A DNA stretch of 64,000 bases from Lytechinus pictus (taxonomy: Eukaryota), in contig NC_087261.1 in assembly GCF_037042905.1 (NCBI RefSeq), positions 10,478,001 through 10,542,000 of the forward strand, given 5' to 3'. A program made the position numbers and the translations under genes. The notes beneath the pieces were generated by a model. That model saw nothing but the letters and a program-made list of their open reading frames with translations, did not search any database and was not told the DNA's origin. Positions 39,937 through 49,169 of this stretch are shown here, one piece after another (positions within the stretch are counted from its first letter, which is position 1; each line of letters starts with the position of its first letter).

Positions 39937-42900
39937 ATGGCTAGTCAGTGGACATCTCAGGATGAACATCAATATATTCAAGCTAGGCAAGTACTTGCCA
40001 GCTTGGAGGAGCGACGCAAACGACACCAGGCAAGGAGGGCCAATGAAAGGGCGGAATTGCTAGATGCAACACGCGGATTTCATCCGTTCGGTCCTCGCCT
40101 TCTTTGACCACGGAGGAGTATCCCGTTATCCCTGAAACTCCCGATGACGAGGGGGAATATCCTGTTATTCCTGAAACCCCTTCTGAAATGGTAAGTTTAT
40201 CATCTTTTAATATTTGAGTCAGTGTATATATGAACAGAAAAAGATAAAGCTTGAACAATAAACACAAGTGTTGATGAAACCAGTCTGACTTGTATGTTGT
40301 TATTTTTTCTTTACTTCTACGTTACAGATGGTGTCTGAAAGCCCTACAAGGGATGAAGAGGAACGCATGGAATCCGAAATAGATCCCTCAGATTCTGAAA
40401 TGGTACGTCCCTATCCTTGCTATTGTATACCCGTTTTTTTAAACTATTTTGGGAAAAAATATTTTTAAAATGTATGCAATAGTTATGTAAGCTTTATCAT
40501 TATAATCTAATTGCGTTTTATTCTTTTTTCATTTATTCAATTTAGATTCTGCCAGATAGTAGTCGGGATCTGTTTGACTCTCAGAAAAGCAGCGCTCTCG
40601 ATTCGAATACTCTCGAAAGTGAAAACAGCAAAGCCCCTGAATCGGATAACGTGGCTTCCGAAGAAGTAAGTAATTTCAATCTTTAAATATGACGTTACCT
40701 AATGAAGCAATGCTGGAGAATATCAAATGACTTAAAATAAGAGTATCTAATATGCTTACTCTAATTCCGCTTTCTTCTTTTTTTTGTGTGTATGCATATC
40801 CACAGGTAAACATGGAACATTTTTACGATGTTGTTGAGGAGCAAGAAAGAGATGCACCCCGCTTCGGAGGACGCGTGACGGATTTTAACATCGTCGTGAG
40901 ACCGTTGCATCGGCTTGTTGAGGAGATGGGCTCCCTCGAAGTTATAGGTAGATTATTTTCTAGTATTATTTCACGCCTAACCGAGGGTTTCTTGAACGGT
41001 GATCTTGTAGGTTTCATTCTGTCAGGTTCCAATTTACGTCAGGATGTAGGCATTCCTCTGACTCGATATGATCAACTATCAGTCGATCGAATTTTAGCTT
41101 TGTTGGAGCAAATTTTACAATCCAACGAAGATTTTAACATCTCGGAAGGATTCAAAATACGTTTAGTCCATATTCGTATGCCGCGAGGAGGTAAGGGATC
41201 AGAAAATATGATTCCCCTTGACAAATTCATTCGCAAAAAGTGTAGATTTATCCAAATTACAAACAAAGATGAGCTTTGCCTTGGTAGAGCACTAGTAGTA
41301 GCCATGGCACATGCTCATAAAGAGGAGGATCCTGCTAACTTTCATCAAATCACTCACCCTAAAAAATACACGACCCAATTTGATGCGGCAAAACAACTCT
41401 TTATAGACTCTAATGTACCGGAGGGTGTTTGTGGAATCCAAGAAATAGAAACATTTCAAAATATCCTGACAGAGCGAGGGTACCAGATTACCGTCTATGT
41501 CAATGGTGGAGCCCACGGCAGGATATATGCCGGACCACCCAATAGGCATTTTCTTTCTTTATTCTATCACAACAATCACTTCGATGTCATCACTAAGATG
41601 CCAGCATTTCTTCGCAAATCATATTTTTGAAATACCTGTCTAAAGGGATACGATATGAAGGCCAAGCACAAGTGCAAAGATACATGCAGTGCCTGTAAGA
41701 GTGAGACAAATTGTGTATTGATTAAAAGAACAATGTGTGAACGATGTGGGCGTGTGTTCAAAAGTCAAGAATGTTTCGACAACCATCTTAAACAGGTAAG
41801 TGGTAATAAGAGTGTATGTCGGTTATTTTTCAAATGTAAACAGTGCAATGTAATGTTAGATAGCACCCGCGGCAGTGACAAGACCCATGATTGTAGGTTC
41901 GGGTATTGTGAACGATGTCGTACTACGGTATCAAAGGAGGGTCATCGCTGCTTTATGATTCCTCTGCCCAAGAAAAAGAAGAACAAAGCGAAAAATCAGG
42001 AAGAGAGGAAGAAAGGAGACGATACCCAAAAGTTTATTTTCTACGACTTTGAATGTCGTCAAGATGACAAAGTCGATGAAAATGATCATGGTTCAGTCTT
42101 TAAACATGTACCCAATCTTTGCGTAGCAATGAGAGTGTGCGGGCAGTGTTTTGACAAACAAGATGCATGCCCTGATTGTGGGGTACGTGAACATGTTTTT
42201 AGGGGGAAAGACACTTTGGACAAGTTTGGGGAATGGTTATTTGGCATAGAGGAAGATCACAGGAGGGTCATTGCCATTGCTCACAATGCTCGATCCTACG
42301 ATTCACAATTCATTCAGGAGTATTGTCTAAAGTCGGGGGTGGTACCTCAAGTCATCATGAGTGGTGCTAAAATTCTATCACTCACTTTAAATGATGTAAA
42401 ATGTATAGACTCACTTAGTTTTCTTGCCATGCCATTGTCTTCTTTTCCTTCAACCTTTCAACTGAAGGAATTGAAAAAAGGGTTCTTTCCGCACTTTTTC
42501 AATACCCTCGAAAACCAAGATCATGACGGACCGACCTTGCCACCTAAAAAATATTACGATCCAGATGGGATGTCAACAGAAAAACGCGACGAGTTTGATG
42601 TTTGGTATGCGCACCATCAAAACGACAATTTTAACCTTCAAAGAGAATTACTAGAGTATTGTCGTTCTGATGTCCAAATTCTGATGGAAGGTTGCATGGC
42701 TTTCAGACGTCTCTTTATGAGCGTCACGGATAACATCGACCCCTTCCATAACATAACGATTGCCTCAGCCTGCAATACTGTATTTCGGACGCAATTTTTG
42801 AAGGATACAGACATAAAGATCGACACTCAATCATTGCCTTGAAATGGCTCGAATGGGTTAGTCATAACGAGGGAATTCAAATAGAGCATGCGCGTAACGG

Positions 42901-44606
42901 TGGTGAACATCGAATCGGCAACTACAAAGTGGATGGTTACGATTCAGCAACGCGGACTTGTTATGAATTTTTAGGGGATATTTGGCATGGGTGTCCACAC
43001 TGCTACAAAAGGCGTGATTTGCTTGTTCCTGGTTCCAGTACCACCGTTCAGGAGGTATACGACCAGACAATGTATAGAATAAATGCATTGAAGAAACAGG
43101 GATATCGCGTCATCACGATGTGGGAGTGTGACTTTGCAAAATTAAGACGCGAAAACAAGACGCTACAGACGTTTTTGGAAAAACTACAGTTTCGGGATCC
43201 TCTCAATCCTCGGCATGCTTTTTACGGGGGGAGGACAAACGCGGTGAAATTGAGTCATAGAATTCAGGGTAATGAGAGAATCAAATATGTAGATGTTTGT
43301 AGTCTTTATCCTTGGGTTTGCAAGTACGGTAAATATCCCCTGGGTCATCCCGACATTATCACAAAGGATTTCGAGGATATTCAGCGCTATTTTGGATTGG
43401 TGAAATGTAAAGTCTACCCACCTCGACAACTATTTCACCCTGTTCTCCCATACAGGAATGAGGAGAATAAGCTTCTCTTTCCTTTGTGTCGCACATGCGC
43501 CAACGAAAAGCAATTAAACTTCAAAATGTACGCATAGCGATGAGGAAAGGGCCCTTGAATCTACGTGGGTTACGGAGGAAGTAAAGAAGGCAATAGAATT
43601 GGGGTACAAGGTTGTAGAACTGTTCGAAGTGTGGCATTATCCTCACTTTGACCAATACAATCCTCGAACCCAGGAAGGAGGACTCTTCAGGGATTACATA
43701 GATCTGTTTTTGAAAGTCAAACAGGAATCAAGCGGATGGCCCTCCGAATGTCATTCCAATGACGACGAGGTGTCCGCCGATATACAAAAAAAGCGCGCAA
43801 ATTATGTGAGACAATATCATGAAAGAGAAGGTGTGCTCTTAGACCCTTTAAAAATCAAAGCCAATAAAGGACTTAGGGCTGTGAGCAAGATTTGTCTTAA
43901 CAGCTTTTGGGGCAAGTTTGGGCAGCGGAATAATCTTCCAAAGACAGTCTTTACGGTGGAACCTGAAGAATTCTTCGCACTGGTGTCGGACCCCAAATTG
44001 ATCATTAAATATGTCGACTTCCCTACTTCGTATATGGCGCACGTACAATATGTTGAGGAGGATGACTTTTTAGAAGTCCTCCCCAACACAAATGTGGTAG
44101 TGGCTGCCTTCACCACGTGTTGGGCTCGTCTGAAGCTCTATTCGTACCTCGAAGAGCTTCAGAAGAATGTGCTGTATTTTGATACAGATTCTATCATACA
44201 CCTCAAGAATGATGAAGTAGAAGATGTCCCCACTGGGAATTTCTTGGGTGATATGACGGATGAATTAGAAAAAGATTTTGGGGTGGGTAGTTATATTACG
44301 GAACTTCAGGCCTTGGGACCAAAAAACTACAGCTACCAGGTTTTCTCAACCAAACATGGAAAAGAAATGCCCGGAGCTTGCAAAGTACGTGGTATCACGC
44401 TAAATTATAAAAATGCAAAGCTGGTCAATTTCGACACACTCAACGAGCTCGTGCACGGTGAACGCACTCACACCACCGTTACAAATGCGCATAGAATCGC
44501 GAGGATGCGTACCCACAATATTGTATCCCGCGTGGAAAATAAAATCCATCGTGTGGTATATGATAAGAGGGTATCCGATTTTAACACTGTTCCATATGGG
44601 TATTAA
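39937..44606 (+). pseudogene. polB: protein-primed family B DNA polymerase (pPolB) polyprotein of Polinton, spliced N-terminus
   Basis: Exons 39931-40190, 40328-40402, 40546-40665, 40806-44606. Motifs: DELCLGRA / NNHFDV (vOTU-like), Cys-rich Zn region, FIFYDFE, AHNARSYD, YCRSDV (exonuclease), KVDGYD..YEFLGDIWHGCP (VSR-like insert), YGGRT, DVCSLYP, KICLNSFWGKFG, YFDTDS, GPKNY, KVRG. Lesions: frameshift ~40072, TGA 41628, deletion/frameshift ~42805, frameshift ~43520. Confidence 0.92.
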
Positions 44607-45417
44607 GATACATATGTTGTATTTCTACCATTGATACTCTTTACCTTCTAACATTCTATATTTGCATTGTATCTCACCTCCAAATTTTCCTATGTTATAT
44701 TTAATTCACGCGCTACAAAGAATACTTTATAAATCAAATATTTTTATGCCAAATTTTGTGTCATATTATTGCAAGCACTCGGTGCTACCTGATGATTGGT
44801 GTAGTGTATGATTATTGCTCTTTGTTTACTTAGTTATGTAAAGGATTTCAGAATGGTGCAATATATATATACTAAGAAAATTCTTGCCATTTAATTTGTT
44901 CGTACTTCTGCGAGTGTGTGTGTGTTTGCATGTTTAGAACGAGAGAGAAAGAGGGTTTTTCAATCGTATCCCTTATTCGCCTTCGGTTAGACGTGAACTA
45001 TTGTAGGGAAAATAATCCACCACCCTCAATTTGAACGACGATGTATATGTATATTGTTATATGTAATCAAGATATATATTTTTTATACCCTGTGCTTATA
45101 CATTATATATTTGACTTTTCAAAATGTCTGAAAATAAAAACAAAACAAATCAAATTCATTGTTATCGATCGTCTCTTTTTATTGTAATGTGTGCATAAAA
45201 AGGAGTGTGTATGACACGATAAGCGAGAGAGCATGAGGGAGGTCTTTTCGCCGATGTTTGATAAGCAATAAGTATGTTATAGGTAAATGCTTAAAAAAAA
45301 ATATATATACAAAAAATAAAAAGTACGAGATGTATAAAAGAACCGCAAAAAATCAGAGAGACTGAATGTACATGTATAAAGGAGAGTGATTCTGACAAGT
45401 TGTAGGCATTTGGTGGG

Positions 45418-46060
45418 ATGGACGTTCGCCTGAAACATCCATTTACAGCTCTCATAGCAGGACCGACGGGGTGCGGTAAAACTCAATTTGTGAGGAAACT
45501 CCTCAAACATCATGAAAAATTGGTGGATAAACCTTTTGATAAAGTCATTTGGTGTTATGGGGAATATCAGGTGGGTTATGCTGATATGGCGAGGGATATG
45601 CCATTCATTGAATTTCAGGAAGGTATTCCCTCGGATTTGGAAGGGATATTTGACCGCAGGAACTCGATCTAATCTAATTGTTCTGGATGATTTAATGTCC
45701 CAGGCAAATCAGGATCAAAGGGTGTCGCACCTTTTCACTAAAGGTAGTCATCATCGCAACCTTTCCGTTATTTTAATAAGCCAGAACCTATTTCATCAGG
45801 GAAAAGAAAGTAGAACCATCAGTCTCAATGCCCACTACATGATCTTGTTCAAAAAACCACGCGACTCTTCTCAGATTGTCCACTTGGCAAAACAAATTTA
45901 CCCGCAAAATTGAAAATTTCTGCAAGAAGCCTATAAAGATGCAACGGGTCGACCTCATGGCTATCTCCTCGTAGACCTCAAACCAGACACGGATGAAAAA
46001 TTACGGTTAAGAAGTAATATTTTCCCTGGAGAAAGAAATGTGGTGTATGTCATGAAATAA
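45418..46060 (+). pseudogene. Polinton genome-packaging ATPase (A32/FtsK-HerA superfamily)
   Basis: HPFTALIAGPTGCGKT (Walker A), LIVLDDLM (Walker B), FTKGSHHRNLSVILISQNLF, SRTISLNAHY, RPHGYLLVDL..LRLRSNIFP; frameshift ~45660 and in-frame TGA 45911. Confidence 0.9.
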
Positions 46061-46072
46061 CTGTGTTTGCCC

Positions 46073-46110
46073 TATAAAGAGGTTGGGCAAAATGGAATGG
46101 TCATCAGTTG
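46073..46110 (+). promoter_or_regulatory. TATA + initiator upstream of the pX-like gene
   Basis: TATAAA at 46073 with TCAGTT ~30 nt downstream; similar TATAAA elements at ~45333 and ~45375 precede the ATPase. Confidence 0.4.
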
Positions 46111-46153
46111 ACATATAAATACCTTTGCGAAAGCAACAACAGACTCATTCGGC

Positions 46154-46474
46154 ATGTCTCGCCGTGTAAAGAGCAACATTCCATACCTGCACGTCTTGGC
46201 TAGGGGAACCCCGGCACAAAGAAAAGGTGTACTGCAAGGTGCTAAAAAGGATTTGATTGAAACAATTTGTGAATGCGCACTTAATATCCTTCACGGCACT
46301 GTTCCTTTGTCTGTTGTGGAAAAAAATAAACTTCGTCAGCATAAGCACAAGTTGAGAAGCCTTTGTAATAAAAAGATCTCTCTTCAAAAAAAGAAAAAGA
46401 AGCTGGTAAACCAGAGAGGTGGATTTTTACCATTTTTGATTGCTCCAATCCTGGCTAAAATATTCAGATCGTAG
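46154..46474 (+). CDS. small conserved Polinton virion-type protein with adenovirus pX-like C-terminus, 106 aa
   Basis: Intact ORF; ICECALNILHGTVPL core, basic stretch, QRGG|FLPFLIAPILAKIF hydrophobic tail. Confidence 0.8.
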   Translation: MSRRVKSNIPYLHVLARGTPAQRKGVLQGAKKDLIETICECALNILHGTVPLSVVEKNKLRQHKHKLRSLCNKKISLQKKKKKLVNQRGGFLPFLIAPILAKIFRS

Positions 46475-46494
46475 AAAAAAGGATAGCGACCACC

Positions 46495-47285
46495 ATGCAG
46501 TACGCCAAAAAAATGGTGCTGGTACCCCACGAAACCGTTCAGCATGTTAACGCTTCGCACGAGCATGGAGTAGCTCCTACCTTCAAAGGTCTTGCCGGAT
46601 TAGACGAGCAAATGCAGACTATTTTACGCAGGCAGGACATTCCAGAGGATGAAAGAGTGAAACTCTATCAGCAAGCCCTCATGGGGTACATCAACCTACA
46701 TCACAAACTCAATGAACCGATAGCCCTACAGGTGGAGAATGTACCGGGGAATAATCTTCCTGCGATCACGTCTGCAAAGTCAAACGAAAAGGCAACGCTT
46801 CATACCGCTCCTTCCACCCCCCCCCCTGGATGCAGCGTGTCAAAGAGAGTGTCCCTAAAACACTGGTCCAGAAAGCAGGGCAAATCATGCATCTCCTTCA
46901 ATCTGCACCTGATCATCGCATAGCTATCAATGACAAGGGAGAAATTTTGTTGGATGGCAAGGCGCTAGAAGGAACGCACATTGTCGACCTAGTCAATGAT
47001 GTGTTGAGAAAGAGGAAGAGTTTTTCTCCAAAAGGATGGCAAGAATTTGCACGGGTGATGGCTACTCTGCATCCCCCGAGGGAGCTCGTGGGAAACCAAG
47101 ATAGATGGAACTTCATGCAACGACAAATTTCTACCGATTCCTTACTTCCCCGAACTACAGAATTTCAAGATCACAAACCAGACAACTTGAATACCGTGGA
47201 GGTGTTTGCTAGAGCGGATCACCTTCCTGCAACGAAAAGAGGTCGACCCAAGAGACAGTCCTCCCCAGACTGGATCCAGTATTGA
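46495..47285 (+). pseudogene. conserved uncharacterised Polinton protein (~263 aa)
   Basis: MQYAKKMVLVP..LDEQMQTIL..LYQQAL and VPKTLVQKA..GTHIVDLVNDVLRKRK..PKGWQEF blocks typical of Polintons, split by a frameshift in the C-run at ~46820. Confidence 0.7.
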
Positions 47286-47439
47286 TAAACATCGGTATTC
47301 AACTTTCTTATTCATTTCATGACACTTCTGTTCTCGAGCAACATGGGATGTTGGCCTCCGTCACTGAGGCTACAGTTGGAACGTGTCCGATGTGCCTTGG
47401 CCTGCTGCAAAGGAAACATCAATATACACGAATCATCCG

Positions 47440-48328
47440 ATGGAGGACATCCTAAAAAAAGGTGTATTACGATCCGGAAAACCCTGCCGGTTTTGGTGTT
47501 GTAGATGCTGTTTACCACGAGCTAAGGAAACAAAACAAAAATATAAAGAGGTCGGACATAAAGGAATGGTTGACAGAACAATCGACTTACACACTTCACA
47601 AACCCCTACGGAGAAGGTTTAAACGAAACAGAGTCATCGTCTATGGCATAGATCATCAGTTGCAAGTGGACCTGGTTGATATGCAGGCTCTCTCGCGACA
47701 AAATAAAGGATTCAAATATCTCCTGACCTGTATTGACATATTCTCCAAATATGCTTGGGTTTTACCCCTCAAAGACAAGAAAGCGGCGACCCTTGTTGAG
47801 GGCTTTCAGAAAATCTTGAAAGAAGGCCGAAAGCCATACAAACTACAATCTGATAAAGGAGGGGAATTTATCAACAAACCCTCTCAGCGCATGTTGAAAG
47901 AAGAAGACATCGTATTCTTTACTACTCAGAACGAAACAAAAGCTAGCGTAGTAGAAAGATTCAACCGAACCCTCAAAGAGAAGATGTTCAAGTACTTCAC
48001 CAGTCACAACACACGCAAATACACGAATGTACTGCAAAAGTTTGTTTCAGCTTACAATCGTCGCAAGCACTCGAGTATCGGCCGCCCACCCTCGGAGGTT
48101 AAGGCAACGAATGAGAAGGATGTATGGATGACGTTGTACGCTGACCTACCTAAAAAGGGTTCCAAGGAGGCAAAGTTTCGAATGGGAGATCACGTGAGGC
48201 TTTCCATAGCAACGCAGGTTTTCAGGAAAGGGTATCTTCCAAAGTGGACGGAAGAGATATTCTCCATCAGCCGACTTATTGGAAGGACACCCATCGTCTA
48301 CAAAGTCAAGGACGCCGGTGGAGAAGTC
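47440..48328 (+). pseudogene. Polinton retroviral-like (c-integrase/rve) integrase, C-terminally truncated
   Basis: MEDILKK(frameshift)VYYDPENPAGFG, YTLHKPLRRRFKRNRV, DDE triad LQVDLVD / LQSDKGGEF / KASVVERFNRTLK, FRKGYLPKWTEEIF; homology stops at VYKVKDAGGEV. Confidence 0.92.
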
Positions 48329-49169
48329 AAAAAGAAAAAAATATGTGAATGGGGGCGAATTGTTTGATGGGAGACATGTTGATCTTAACATAAATACAAT
48401 CAGGTATACTGTAAACAATGTTGATCATCAGTGAAAAAAGAGAATTCAGCAATGTTTCATCATGAAACACTTGCTGGCCCCTAAAGAAAAGATTATCCAT
48501 TATAAATAATAGAAAAGATTTTTTTTTTTAGGGGGCCTTGTATTCAGAAGTTGGATTCCTTTACTCTTCGTCTCAATCCTAAGATGAAAGAAGTCTTGGT
48601 ACATGAGGACCAGATATTTTTACAGAATATGTAAACACATTTCTGAAACTAAAACAAGAATTAAGTGGTTGGTCTGCAAACTGCAAACCTCATGGTATTT
48701 GTTGGAATGTTGGGATGCAAATAGCTTACAGGATATGATCATTTTCTTTACAAATTGATTGCCTTTAATGTACAATAGAACTTTTTTAGTAATTATATAA
48801 TGCCAGTGTGTTATGTAACTTTTGTAAATCATGTGTTATCGACATTTGGATGTGATAGGCTCTTGGCCATGATGATCAATAAACACCACGTGTAACCTTA
48901 ACTCTATCTGAAAATTGCCTTTATTGCTATTATTGTCTTTGCACAAAACCTTTTCTCCTGTCAAAATAGGACACAAGAAGCCTCCAGACTTTCGACTCTT
49001 CTATAGGGTTTAAAAAAAACTGAAGGCATTCGTTATGATGAGTCAAATTGAGATGTTTTTCTTACGAGGAATGTGTCTACAGCTTTTTGGAACGAATACT
49101 GCTCTCTCCTGGGACACATGGCTGTATACATTCATCAAGCCGATACCATGCCCTGTCGTATCTTACTCA

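Larger units (their letters stand above)
38150..48328 (+). mobile_element. Polinton/Maverick (adintovirus-like) endogenous element, relic 2, right-truncated
   Basis: Co-oriented ORF-X, pPolB, A32/FtsK-like ATPase, pX-like protein, conserved ORF and rve integrase; no capsid or protease genes and no TIR seen; multiple inactivating lesions. Confidence 0.92.

Noticed and set aside
41628-41630. TGA as selenocysteine or programmed readthrough in polB (also 38745, 45911)
   Set aside because: The site at 41628 corresponds to a Cys codon, but the element has many other lesions and I saw no SECIS evidence; ordinary nonsense decay is simpler
38150-48328. Bacteriophage or bacterial contamination, or an active virus
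   Set aside because: Gene set is Polinton-type, contains spliceosomal introns, is embedded in host genes and repeats, and is pseudogenised
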